Shown here: positions 27,364 to 36,749 of the stretch, in pieces | How positions within the stretch are numbered: position 1 is the stretch's first letter | Layout of the letters: every line of letters begins with the position of its first letter | Assembly: GCA_021203805.1 (NCBI GenBank) | Contig: JAJQAM010000006.1 | Coordinates: forward strand, 1 to 44,844 | Source of the DNA: Coprobacillus sp. | GTDB taxonomy: Bacteria; Bacillota_I; Bacilli_A; RFN20; CAG-826 | Length of the DNA: 44,844 nt | Direction: 5' to 3' | The notes under the pieces: model-generated | Database searches by the model: none | What the model was told of the DNA's origin: nothing | Seen by the model: only the letters and a program-made list of their open reading frames with translations | Translations under genes and position numbers: made by a program

Positions 27364-28536
27364 ATGAAAAAAGAAAACGTTCTTGGCCTAATTGTTTATC
27401 TCATCATCCTCGTCTTTGCGGTGGTTTTTGGCTTAACTGTTCTCCAAGATCACTTTAGCCGCTCAGCGCTCTCGACGGGAATGTATATTCTCTATGTCTT
27501 AGGAGCCATAGTCGCGGGGATTGTGGTAAATGCTATTCTATATGAAGTTGGGCACGTTATCGGCGCAAAACTCGGTAGATATCAAGTATATTCTGTCAAT
27601 ATCTTAGGATTCTGCTTCTATAAAGTGGGAGAGAAAACTAAGCTAAAACTCCAGGGTTTTGATGGACTTTCAGGGGAAACGAAGATAACTCCAAGGGAGG
27701 ACGCAGATAAGGAGCCAAACCCAAGATGGTATCTCTTTATGGGGCTTATTATCTATGCCGCCGAGATCATCATTATCATGATATTCTTCTCTATTTATAG
27801 AAACTCCGAGGTTGGCTCAGTCGCTCTTAATACAGTCTACTTCTTCCTCATTATTGGTGTTATTGGAGCGGTCATTGTTATCTATAACATTCTTCCCTTC
27901 CGTCTCGACACGATGACAGATGGATATAAGCTTACAATGACCTCTAATAAGATTAACTGCCAGGCCTATAATGCTCTTTTAAAGAGTGAGTACTATATCT
28001 TACAGGGAGCGGAGAGCGTAGAACTTCCAACCTTTGAGCAAATTACTGACTTTACAGCGGACTTAAACCTTAATAAGGTTTACCTCCTTCTAGATGATAA
28101 GAAATATGAAGAAGCGGAAACCCTATTAGATCAGATTATTAATAGCAAAGAAAACGTCACTGAAAAGACCTATATTAGAACATCCGCTCAAAAGATTTAC
28201 ATTAACATCATGTATAAGTCAATTGATGAGGCAAAGGAGTATTATGCGACTGTTTCTCCTGAGATTAGAAGACTAATTTCCACCGACAAATCAATGCCGT
28301 GCGTGAGAGCCTATCTAGTTATGAGCGGTGTACTTGATAGAAGCCAGTCGGAATGTCTTCAGGCTATTAAGAGCACAGATAAAGCCTTTAAGGCCACTCC
28401 TGAAAATAGACAGCATACTGAACTTGTACTTTTTAATGAAGCTATCTTAAAGGTTGATGAGCTCCATCCGGAGTGGGGATTAAAGAGCCATCTTCTTAAA
28501 GAAAGCTCAAAAAAGAATTCCAGTAATAAAAAATAG
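27364..28536 (+). CDS. M50/site-2-protease-like membrane protein with helical C-terminal region
   Basis: Several TM segments; YEVGH at the HExxH position; NILPF...TDG motif. Confidence 0.7.
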   Translation: MKKENVLGLIVYLIILVFAVVFGLTVLQDHFSRSALSTGMYILYVLGAIVAGIVVNAILYEVGHVIGAKLGRYQVYSVNILGFCFYKVGEKTKLKLQGFDGLSGETKITPREDADKEPNPRWYLFMGLIIYAAEIIIIMIFFSIYRNSEVGSVALNTVYFFLIIGVIGAVIVIYNILPFRLDTMTDGYKLTMTSNKINCQAYNALLKSEYYILQGAESVELPTFEQITDFTADLNLNKVYLLLDDKKYEEAETLLDQIINSKENVTEKTYIRTSAQKIYINIMYKSIDEAKEYYATVSPEIRRLISTDKSMPCVRAYLVMSGVLDRSQSECLQAIKSTDKAFKATPENRQHTELVLFNEAILKVDELHPEWGLKSHLLKESSKKNSSNKK

Positions 28537-28577
28537 AAAACTCTGCAAATTCTTCTTAAAATTTCATTAAAATCCGC

Positions 28578-28620
28578 AAAACCGGCATAGATAAGTGTAA
28601 AAATGCCGGTTTTTCTTTTT
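28578..28620 (+). terminator. Intrinsic terminator
   Basis: AAAACCGGCAT...ATGCCGGTTTT followed by a T run. Confidence 0.75.
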
Positions 28621-28629
28621 ATATGTTTC

Positions 28630-28649
28630 TTTAAAGTATATACTTTAAA
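28630..28649. promoter_or_regulatory. Perfect 20-bp palindrome overlapping a -10 element; candidate operator
   Basis: TTTAAAGTATATACTTTAAA contains TATACT (28639-28644) and ends 2 nt before the ATG at 28652. Confidence 0.5.
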
Positions 28650-28651
28650 CG

Positions 28652-28987
28652 ATGGCAATAAATATTACGTGCTTATCGATGGGAGCGGTAATACTAATAT
28701 TTGGCTTGCTATTCTTCTTTGGGAAAATACATAGATACTTTCATTTCTGGAAAAGAATGACCCCAAATGAGAGAAGCAAGGTTAACATCAAACCATTGTG
28801 CCGAAATGTTGGTGGTGTTATTTCTCTCGCAGGAATAATCCTTATAGTTGCAGGACTATGGGAGTTCTTTCTTAGTGAAGTTTTCCTCTGGGCAATGATT
28901 GCCTGGATAGTTGTGGTCATCTTTGACTTTGCTTTTTTAATGAAAAATAAATCCTTTCAAGGTGGGGTAGACGCAAATGGCAAATAA
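28652..28987 (+). CDS. Small 3-TM membrane protein (DUF3784-like)
   Basis: Hydrophobic N-terminus, then [15 protein letters not shown] and two more TM helices; overlaps the mgtA start. Confidence 0.7.
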   Translation: MAINITCLSMGAVILIFGLLFFFGKIHRYFHFWKRMTPNERSKVNIKPLCRNVGGVISLAGIILIVAGLWEFFLSEVFLWAMIAWIVVVIFDFAFLMKNKSFQGGVDANGK

Positions 28988-31718
28988 AAGAGAAAGCCGT
29001 AAGTCTCAGGAAAAAGCCAAGAAAAAGAGAGAGAATGACCTCTTTATTGGCCGTGCCTCTCGTAGCACCACCGAAGAGCTTTTTGAGCAGTTTAACACTG
29101 GCTATGAAGGCCTTAATGAAGAGCTTGTCGAGCAAAGCAGAGAAGAGCATGGGGCTAATGTCGTCTCAAAAGAAAAGAGCAAGAAGTGGCCGCGCCGTCT
29201 TTTAGATGCCTTTTTAGACCCTTTTACGATTGTTTTATTTGTTTTAGCGATTGTTTCCGCTATTACCGATATGATTCTCCCAACCTTTTCTCTTCTAGGA
29301 ACTACTCCTGATGATTTTGAATATGTCACCGTGATTATCATCGTGATTATGATTCTTGCGAGTGTTTTCCTCCGTTTCTTCCAGGAGTCTCGTAGTAATA
29401 ACGCTACTGAGAAGCTTCTTGCAATGATCTCCACTACTTGCTCGGTTACCAGAATAGAAACTGGTAAGAAAGAAATTCCCCTTGATGATGTCGTTGTGGG
29501 AGATATTATCAATCTCTCAAATGGAGATATGATTCCAGCGGACTGCCGCATTATATGGGCAAAAGATTTTTATGTCTCTCAGGCGCCACTAACTGGAGAA
29601 AGTGAGCCGATTGAGAAAACCGCTGATTTAAATAAAGGTAGAAAGAGCGTTAGCGACTACACTAATATCGCTCTTACAGGCTCAAACGTTGTCTCTGGAC
29701 AAGCTGTCGCTATTGTCGTGGCAGTGGGTGATAATACTGTCTTTGGATCAATGGCGAAAGACATCTCCGAGGAATCCGTGGAGACGAATTTCACTAAAGG
29801 AGTCAATGCCATTAGCTGGCTATTAATTCGTTTTATGCTTGTTATGGTCCCTCTTGTTTTTGTCATTAACGGACTTACTAAAGGCGACTGGATTAATGCT
29901 TTCTTATTTGGCATTTCAGTAGCGGTTGGTCTTACCCCTGAGATGCTGCCTATGATTGTTACGACTTGTCTAGCAAAAGGCGCAGTCTCTATGTCTAAAA
30001 AGGAGACTATTGTTAAAAATCTGAATAGTATTCAAAACTTTGGAGCAATGGATGTGCTATGCACTGATAAAACAGGAACCCTAACGCAAGATGAAATTGT
30101 CCTGCAGTATCACTTAAACGTAAGAGGCGAAGAAGATATAAGAGTCTTGCGGCATGCCTATTTAAATAGCTACTTCCAAACTGGATATAAAAACTTAATG
30201 GATCTCGCTATCATCAAGAAAACAGAAGAGATGGAAGCGGCAGACCATTCTTTAGCGGATCTATCTGAAGTCTACACAAAAGTAGACGAGATACCTTTCG
30301 ACTTCTCTAGAAGAAAGCTTACCACTGTGGTTATGGATAGAACCGGTAAGACTCAGATGGTCACTAAAGGGGCTATCGAAGAGATGCTTTCTATTTGCTC
30401 ATATGTCGAATATAACGGAATGATTGAAGAGATTACTAAGGACATCAAAAAGCAGGTCCTTAAGATATGTGATAATCTATCAAGCGAAGGATTTAGAGTC
30501 CTTGGACTCGCTCAAAAATCAAACCCACTTCCAGTGGGTGAGTTTGATGCTGAAGAAGAATCAGACATGGTTCTTTTAGGTTTCCTTGCCTTCCTTGATC
30601 CACCAAAGAAAAGCGCTAAAGAGGCTATTGAAGCCCTAAAACAGCACGGAGTTGCAACGAAAATACTTACTGGAGATAGTGAAAAGGTAACTAGAACCGT
30701 GTGCGCTCAGGTCGGTCTTGAAGTTAGAAATATGCTTTTAGGAAAAAATATCGCCAAAATGAGCGATAAAGAGCTTGCGGAGAAGGTTGAAACCACCGAT
30801 GTGTTTGCTAAACTTACTCCCGATCAGAAAGCTAGAATTGTCACAATTCTTAGAAATAACGGCCATACTGTAGGGTTTATGGGAGATGGAATAAATGATG
30901 CTCAGGCGATGAAATCGTCTGATATTGGTATCTCTGTTGATAATGCTGTGGATATCGCTAAAGAGAGTGCTGACATCATTCTCCTTGAAAAGGATCTAAT
31001 GGTACTTGAGCAGGGAGTTATAGAAGGCAGAAAGACATATGGCAATATGATTAAGTATATTAAGCTTACCGCCTCTTCTAACTTTGGTAATGCTCTGTCA
31101 GTTCTAGTAGCCGCTATATTCCTCCCATTCCTTCCAATGATGAGCGTTCAGCTCCTCTTACTGAACCTGATCTATGATTTAGCGTGTACCTCTATCCCAT
31201 GGGATAATGTTGATAAAGAATTTATAGAACGGCCTAGGAACTGGGATGCTTCTAGTGTGGGTTCTTTCATGCTGTGGATGGGACCCGTGTCTTCGATATT
31301 TGATTTTATAACCTTCTTATTTATGTTCTTTGTCTTCTGCCCAAGATATGTCGAAGGGGCAAATGGATTAACTTATTATCAGATTAGTGATCCTGAGGTT
31401 CAGGAACAATATATGATGATGTTCCAGGCGGGATGGTTTGTCCTTAGCATGTGGACACAGACTCTTGTCATTCACATGATTAGAACTCCAAAAGTACCTT
31501 TCTTCCAGTCTCATGCTTCCGCTTTAGTTACCACGGCGACATTCCTTGGTATTTTAGTGGTCACTGTGATACCATTTACTCCACTTGGACCATTACTTGG
31601 ATTTACTTCACTTCCAGGAATGTTCTTTGCCTTCCTTATCCCCTGCGTAATCCTGTACATGCTACTTGCGCAGCTGATCAAGAAGGCCTATATAAAACAC
31701 TATGGAGAGCTACTATAA
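28977..31718 (+). CDS. mgtA: Magnesium-translocating P-type ATPase
   Basis: [11 protein letters not shown] (PEMLP signature), [22 protein letters not shown] and ASSNFGN motifs. Confidence 0.95.
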   Translation: MANKRESRKSQEKAKKKRENDLFIGRASRSTTEELFEQFNTGYEGLNEELVEQSREEHGANVVSKEKSKKWPRRLLDAFLDPFTIVLFVLAIVSAITDMILPTFSLLGTTPDDFEYVTVIIIVIMILASVFLRFFQESRSNNATEKLLAMISTTCSVTRIETGKKEIPLDDVVVGDIINLSNGDMIPADCRIIWAKDFYVSQAPLTGESEPIEKTADLNKGRKSVSDYTNIALTGSNVVSGQAVAIVVAVGDNTVFGSMAKDISEESVETNFTKGVNAISWLLIRFMLVMVPLVFVINGLTKGDWINAFLFGISVAVGLTPEMLPMIVTTCLAKGAVSMSKKETIVKNLNSIQNFGAMDVLCTDKTGTLTQDEIVLQYHLNVRGEEDIRVLRHAYLNSYFQTGYKNLMDLAIIKKTEEMEAADHSLADLSEVYTKVDEIPFDFSRRKLTTVVMDRTGKTQMVTKGAIEEMLSICSYVEYNGMIEEITKDIKKQVLKICDNLSSEGFRVLGLAQKSNPLPVGEFDAEEESDMVLLGFLAFLDPPKKSAKEAIEALKQHGVATKILTGDSEKVTRTVCAQVGLEVRNMLLGKNIAKMSDKELAEKVETTDVFAKLTPDQKARIVTILRNNGHTVGFMGDGINDAQAMKSSDIGISVDNAVDIAKESADIILLEKDLMVLEQGVIEGRKTYGNMIKYIKLTASSNFGNALSVLVAAIFLPFLPMMSVQLLLLNLIYDLACTSIPWDNVDKEFIERPRNWDASSVGSFMLWMGPVSSIFDFITFLFMFFVFCPRYVEGANGLTYYQISDPEVQEQYMMMFQAGWFVLSMWTQTLVIHMIRTPKVPFFQSHASALVTTATFLGILVVTVIPFTPLGPLLGFTSLPGMFFAFLIPCVILYMLLAQLIKKAYIKHYGELL

Positions 31719-31721
31719 ACT

Positions 31722-32021
31722 ATGGATGAAGAATTAGGATTTTGGGATAGACTCTGGGATAGGATGTTTGGCGCAACTGAACTATGGGGCGTGAACATTG
31801 GCTTTTGGGTTGGAATAATTATAGTAGTTATTCTTGTAGTGGTTCTCATAATAGTCTTCTTTACGATGCCAAAAAGAGAAAAGAAGCAGCGAGAAAAACG
31901 CAAAGAGAAAGTTGCTAAAAGACATAAACCAGTAGTGGAAGAAGAAAAGAAAACCAAGAAAAAAGAAACCACAAAGAAATCTAGTAAATCTTCAAAAAAA
32001 GATAAAACAAGCGAGAAATAA
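31722..32021 (+). CDS. Small single-TM protein with Lys-rich tail
   Basis: Starts 3 nt after mgtA; TM GFWVGIIIVVILVVVLIIVFF followed by a K/E-rich tail. Confidence 0.75.
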   Translation: MDEELGFWDRLWDRMFGATELWGVNIGFWVGIIIVVILVVVLIIVFFTMPKREKKQREKRKEKVAKRHKPVVEEEKKTKKKETTKKSSKSSKKDKTSEK

Positions 32022-32066
32022 GACATATGAGTTTTTATTTAATACATTTTTTGTTTTTTATATATA

Positions 32067-32116
32067 TTGACTTTAGGGAACAAATGACTATAATTTCTAT
32101 ATAAATGTTCCCTAAA
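32067..32116 (+). promoter_or_regulatory. fic promoter with flanking 11-bp inverted repeat
   Basis: TTGACT (32067-72), 16-nt spacer, TATAAT (32089-94); TTTAGGGAACA (32072-82) and TGTTCCCTAAA (32106-16). Confidence 0.7.
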
Positions 32117-32121
32117 AGATT

Positions 32122-33045
32122 ATGAAAACCGACGAACTATTAAACGAAAAAGCCTTATTAACTAATGAATTAAAATCTATTCCTTATAAAGGCACTATAG
32201 AGATTAAACACCTTTCTAGTGGTGATTATTTATATGTAAGAAAGAGAGAAATAGGGAGAATTAGTTCTACTTATGTTGGCCCTTATTCTGATAATGCTTA
32301 TAAAGTCCTTCTTAACCAAACCTCTAGAGCGAAAGAAATTAATAAGAGATTAAAGGCGATTAACAAAGAGCTTACTGCGCTTGGCTATAATAGCAATGAG
32401 CTTCCGAACGATGTACTTATAAATATTGACTTTGCTAAAAGATCCCTCCCCAATGTTATATATAATCAGGGGGTTCTTGAAGGGGTAAGTGCTACGTTTG
32501 CCGACACCGAGACAATTATAAATAATGGTGTTATTAATGGAGTCAATGCAAGCGACACCCAAAAAATATTAAATTTAAAACATGCTTGGGAATCCGTTCT
32601 TGATAAGGATGTTCTAAGATGCAAAACGGATTTCAATTTGCTTTGCTATATTTCTCGAATTATAAACGAGAATTTTTATGATACAGCAGATCGTCTTAGA
32701 GTTGTCCCTGTTTCTATAAGTGGTACGTCATATGTTCCCCCATTTCCTGTGGAAGCTGATATAAAGGACAAACTTAACTTGCTAGATTCCGATAATGCTG
32801 ATTATTTTGATAATGCTATTGAAATGTGTCTTTATATAATGAAAGGACAATTTTTTATCGACGGGAACAAAAGAACCGCAATTATTTTTGCCAACCACTA
32901 TCTAATAAAACATGGTGCAGGTCTACTTACTATCGCAAGCGAAGATGTTGAAAGGTTTAGAACCCTTCTTGTCGAGTATTATGAAGGAAAAGAAGAAAAC
33001 ATAAAAAAGTTCATGCGGGGAAGATGCACTAAAGCAATCAAATAA
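32122..33045 (+). CDS. Fic/Doc family protein with an extra N-terminal domain
   Basis: QFFIDGNKRTA Fic/Doc-type motif, YNQGVLEG helix and LRVVPVSISGTSY flap. Confidence 0.85.
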   Translation: MKTDELLNEKALLTNELKSIPYKGTIEIKHLSSGDYLYVRKREIGRISSTYVGPYSDNAYKVLLNQTSRAKEINKRLKAINKELTALGYNSNELPNDVLINIDFAKRSLPNVIYNQGVLEGVSATFADTETIINNGVINGVNASDTQKILNLKHAWESVLDKDVLRCKTDFNLLCYISRIINENFYDTADRLRVVPVSISGTSYVPPFPVEADIKDKLNLLDSDNADYFDNAIEMCLYIMKGQFFIDGNKRTAIIFANHYLIKHGAGLLTIASEDVERFRTLLVEYYEGKEENIKKFMRGRCTKAIK

Positions 33046-33068
33046 AAAGACGGGAAGCCCGTCTTTTT
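33044..33068. terminator. Bidirectional terminator between fic and pmbA
   Basis: AAAAAGACGGG-AAG-CCCGTCTTTTT. Confidence 0.9.
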
Positions 33069-33088
33069 TGAATAACTAACAGTAAATA

Positions 33089-34411
33089 TTACTCTGAACC
33101 AACAAGTAATTTCTTTACAAGCACAGGTGGAATCTCTCCACCATTAGATAAACTAGCGGTGAGTTTAAGCTCGCTTCCTACATCGGTTACATCCTTAAAT
33201 AAATCAAAGATATTACCGCTTATCGTGATGAGATCAAGTGGCTTACTAATCTTTCCGTTTTCCACTAAGAAACCGGTGGATTGCATTGAAAACGCCCCGT
33301 TCTGTGCGTTTAATCCAGGTCCTTCAATTTCAGTTATATAGACGCCATCACCCATCTTTTCCATTAGCTCATTTAGAGTTTTTCTACCTGGTTTAAGAGT
33401 GATAAATCCGAAATCCACCCCCGTCTTACCGCCAGCGGAATATCCATTACCTGTTGTTTCTACGCCTGCTTTCGCAGCGGTTGTTAGGTTATAGATATAA
33501 GTATTAAGGATTCCATATTTAATGATGGGCTTATCATAAGTGGCAACGCCTTCATCATCAAAGTATCTTCCAAAGATATTTCTTGCTTGTGGCCTATCAA
33601 TAACAGTTATTTTTGGACTTCCGACTTGTGTTCCACTCTTATCTATCCATAAGGACACCCCTTTTTGCACGGCATCACTTGAAGCGTGGCTAAGCCAAGC
33701 GTCTAAGAACTGAGCAGTTACCTCAGGGGCTAGAATTGCTTTATAGGTTCCAGTTGGAATAGATACGCCGCCTAACTGATTAAGAACAGACTTAACACAT
33801 TTCGCGGCAAATTCCTCAGCATTTATCTCTTCTATTTTATTAGAGATAATGTATTCATAAGAGGATTTAGTAACGCCTCCTTCTTCTGCAAAAACTTCTG
33901 CAATAATATCAAAATAATTCGATTTCTGCGTTAGTTTTAATCCTTTTGAATTAAATATTGAATAGTTTACAACTGTCTCGGAGTAGCCTACTTCAGCATT
34001 ACTTATGCGTGGGTCCGCCGCTAAGATTAGATCACATATCTGATGAGTAATATTAATCTTTTCATCAGTAGAAACTTCTCCTAGGTGCTTATTATAAATG
34101 TTGAATTTATGATACTTAGGGCTTCCTTCATAGATAAAGACTGGGTCATCATTTTCTATGATGGAGGCGCTTTCAATTATTCTATTTACAATTGAAGAAA
34201 CCTTTGAATTATCATAGTGGTCTAAGCTGACGCTTCCTAGTTTTCCTTTATAGATGCCACGAGCAAGGCAAGACGCTCCATCAGAGATCTCATAATCTTT
34301 GGTTTCTCCATTAAAAATGGAGAAAGATAGAGAGTAATGGCTTGTTATAATAAGCTGAGAGTCACTTATTCCGTGCTCTTTTGCTTCATTAAAGAATTTA
34401 TCGTATTTCAT
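33089..34411 (-). CDS. pmbA: TldE/PmbA family peptidase subunit
   Basis: FDDEGV, TGNG, GAFSMQSTGFLVENG and TISGNIFDL elements; overlaps tldD by 4 nt. Confidence 0.9.
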   Translation of the reverse strand: MKYDKFFNEAKEHGISDSQLIITSHYSLSFSIFNGETKDYEISDGASCLARGIYKGKLGSVSLDHYDNSKVSSIVNRIIESASIIENDDPVFIYEGSPKYHKFNIYNKHLGEVSTDEKINITHQICDLILAADPRISNAEVGYSETVVNYSIFNSKGLKLTQKSNYFDIIAEVFAEEGGVTKSSYEYIISNKIEEINAEEFAAKCVKSVLNQLGGVSIPTGTYKAILAPEVTAQFLDAWLSHASSDAVQKGVSLWIDKSGTQVGSPKITVIDRPQARNIFGRYFDDEGVATYDKPIIKYGILNTYIYNLTTAAKAGVETTGNGYSAGGKTGVDFGFITLKPGRKTLNELMEKMGDGVYITEIEGPGLNAQNGAFSMQSTGFLVENGKISKPLDLITISGNIFDLFKDVTDVGSELKLTASLSNGGEIPPVLVKKLLVGSE

Positions 34412-35805
34412 TCAAGTTTTCCTCCTCTACCACCGACTAGAACTTTCTTTATTCTAAGTGTGGGCTGTCCGACGTTTACATAGACCCATCCAGAAGCCGC
34501 CCCGCAGGTTCCACCAGCAAGCTCTAGGTCATTGCCCACCATATCGATTTCTTTTAATATCTCGTAGCCTTTACCAATGAGGACTGCTCCTCTTACAGGC
34601 TCACATATCTTTCCATCACGAATGATATATGCTTCGCTTGCGGCGAAGTTAAATTCACCTGTTCCAGGATTAACACTACCCCCTAAAAACGAGACAGCGT
34701 ATAGGCCAAGTTTCGTGTTTTCTATGATTTCTTCAGGTGTGGATTTGCCGTTTTCTATATAGGTATTAGACATACGAGATGTCGGCATATATCTATAGTT
34801 TTGTCTGCGGCACGCTCCATTACCGTCTCTATTCATTCTTCTTCCATTAAAATCATCAATCATGAAATTCGTTAAGACCCCGTCTTTAATGAGCTGTCTC
34901 TTGCAGCCAAGATTACCATCATCATCAATATCGATTGACCCCCATTCATATGGTATAGTGGAATCATCTACTGCGGAAACAATAGGAGAAGCAATATATT
35001 CGCCCTCTTTACCGCAGAAACATGATAATCCAAGGGCAATACTAGATGCTTCAAGTGGGTGACCACAGGACTCATGGAATAAAACACCACCGAAACCATT
35101 ACCTACGACTACCGGCATAACTCCAGCGGGGCACTCCTTTGCTCCAAGTAGTCTAATTAGATTATCGATTTCTTTCTTAGTCTTTTCTCTAATTGTCTCT
35201 TCTTTAAAGGTATCAATATTATTCTGATACCTATCAATCATAACGGAGTTTTCATAGCCTGATTCGTCCATACCTACAAAGGAGCATGAAAGTTGTCCCC
35301 ACTCTTGAATTCGATTAAAATATTTCCCTTTTGAATTAAAAATGGTCACATTTTGTCTAGTTGTGGAGAATGTGCAGACATATCTAATAATGCGTGGATC
35401 GTAGTTCTTTTTGACTTCATCAATAACGATATCTATGAGATGAAGCTTTCTCTCAATAGGAACTTCATCATATGAGATTTTGACTTTGTTTCTATTCTTA
35501 TATGACTGCTTCTCTAGTGACGAGACTTTAACGATTTGCTTACCAGCAAACGACTTAGAAAGATTAGAAGCAAGAGTTAGTAAACTCTTCTTACTTAAGT
35601 CGTTAGTGTAGCCATAAACACACTGATTACCGAGAAGAAGTCTAATGCCCACGCCATCAAGATAATTAGTGGAGCAGGTATCAATCTTATCTTTATCTGT
35701 TCTAATTGCTTGAGCGGTGCTATGTTCTTCAAAAATATCAGCGTAATCACCGCCTGTTGATAACGCTGTGTTAAGAACTTCCATCGCTAGTTTTTTGCTT
35801 AACAT
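34408..35805 (-). CDS. tldD: TldD metalloprotease subunit
   Basis: HESCGHPLE zinc motif, RRQNYRYMPTSRMSNTY and C-terminal CG...GQP. Confidence 0.93.
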   Translation of the reverse strand: MLSKKLAMEVLNTALSTGGDYADIFEEHSTAQAIRTDKDKIDTCSTNYLDGVGIRLLLGNQCVYGYTNDLSKKSLLTLASNLSKSFAGKQIVKVSSLEKQSYKNRNKVKISYDEVPIERKLHLIDIVIDEVKKNYDPRIIRYVCTFSTTRQNVTIFNSKGKYFNRIQEWGQLSCSFVGMDESGYENSVMIDRYQNNIDTFKEETIREKTKKEIDNLIRLLGAKECPAGVMPVVVGNGFGGVLFHESCGHPLEASSIALGLSCFCGKEGEYIASPIVSAVDDSTIPYEWGSIDIDDDGNLGCKRQLIKDGVLTNFMIDDFNGRRMNRDGNGACRRQNYRYMPTSRMSNTYIENGKSTPEEIIENTKLGLYAVSFLGGSVNPGTGEFNFAASEAYIIRDGKICEPVRGAVLIGKGYEILKEIDMVGNDLELAGGTCGAASGWVYVNVGQPTLRIKKVLVGGRGGKLE

Positions 35806-35841
35806 CTATGTTTCTCCTTTGCTTTGGATTTTTTGCTTATT

Positions 35842-36282
35842 TTAGTCAATAAGCTCCTTAAATTCATACTTTATCCCGTTTTCATCAACATCAAGGACGA
35901 GGTAAGAGCCCGCTAACCCGTCTCTAGGGAAATAAAGGGAACCAGGATTAATAATATAAACATCACCCCGGTTTTCAAACTTTCTCACATGAGTGTGCCC
36001 GTGAATGAAGATGGCATAGCCTCTTTGTTTAAAGCTATTGATTTCTGATTCAGTAAACGGAGTGTGCTTCATAATTATCTTACCAAGTGGGCAATACTCA
36101 GTAAGATACTTATCATGATCATCGAAGTCGCAGTTACCCATGACCGATTTAAACGGATAGAGATATGATTCAGGAATACCGCTATCTCCAGCGTGGAGAT
36201 ATAAATCAGCTTTTTCTATTCCTGGAATTGTATCTATAAAGTCTGATACATGGTGAGTGTCGCTAACAACAACGATTTTCAT
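35842..36282 (-). CDS. YfcE-like metallophosphoesterase
   Basis: SDTH, HAGD, GNCD, HGHTH and INPGS motifs. Confidence 0.9.
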   Translation of the reverse strand: MKIVVVSDTHHVSDFIDTIPGIEKADLYLHAGDSGIPESYLYPFKSVMGNCDFDDHDKYLTEYCPLGKIIMKHTPFTESEINSFKQRGYAIFIHGHTHVRKFENRGDVYIINPGSLYFPRDGLAGSYLVLDVDENGIKYEFKELID

Positions 36283-36415
36283 ACTATTGTTTATTATAAT
36301 CTTTTTTAATAAAAATTATTAAAAATAGTGTTTTTATTTCTTCGTTATGGTATATTCTTACTTGCGACTTACTTTGGATAAAGTAATTTCCAAGGCGGAA
36401 GGAGAAAAAAACACA

Positions 36416-36655
36416 ATGAAAAAAGGAATTCACCCAGAATATCATCGTTGCACAGTGACATGCATCTCATGCGGTGCGACCTTTGAGACCGGATCCACAC
36501 TAGAAAGTATTAAAGTGGATACCTGCAGTAACTGCCATCCATTCTATACTGGCAAGCAGCGTTATGTTCAAGTTGATGGCCCTGTTGATAGATTCAATCG
36601 TAAGTATGGACTTACAGGGGAGACCACCACTGCTAAAACAGAAGAAGACAAGTAA
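36416..36655 (+). CDS. rpmE: 50S ribosomal protein L31 (Zn-binding type)
   Basis: MKKGIHPEY...CISCG...[10 protein letters not shown]; start corrected to the ATG at 36416 after AAGGAG. Confidence 0.96.
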   Translation: MKKGIHPEYHRCTVTCISCGATFETGSTLESIKVDTCSNCHPFYTGKQRYVQVDGPVDRFNRKYGLTGETTTAKTEEDK

Positions 36656-36677
36656 AACTCATACATTTATCTCCGTA

Positions 36678-36706
36678 AAAAACATAGGTTTCAAACCTGT
36701 GTTTTT
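36678..36706 (+). terminator. Intrinsic terminator after rpmE
   Basis: AAAAACATAGGTT-TCA-AACCTGTGTTTTT. Confidence 0.85.
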
Positions 36707-36749
36707 ATTTAATTTAAAATAGACTAATTTTCTTTTATAATTTGAATGT

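Noticed and set aside
32122-35805. Fic plus TldD/PmbA plus altered gyrase as one gyrase-targeting system
   Set aside because: The link rests only on known E. coli and FicT biology. fic is convergent with pmbA and separately terminated, lacks the catalytic His, and no precursor peptide or antitoxin is seen.
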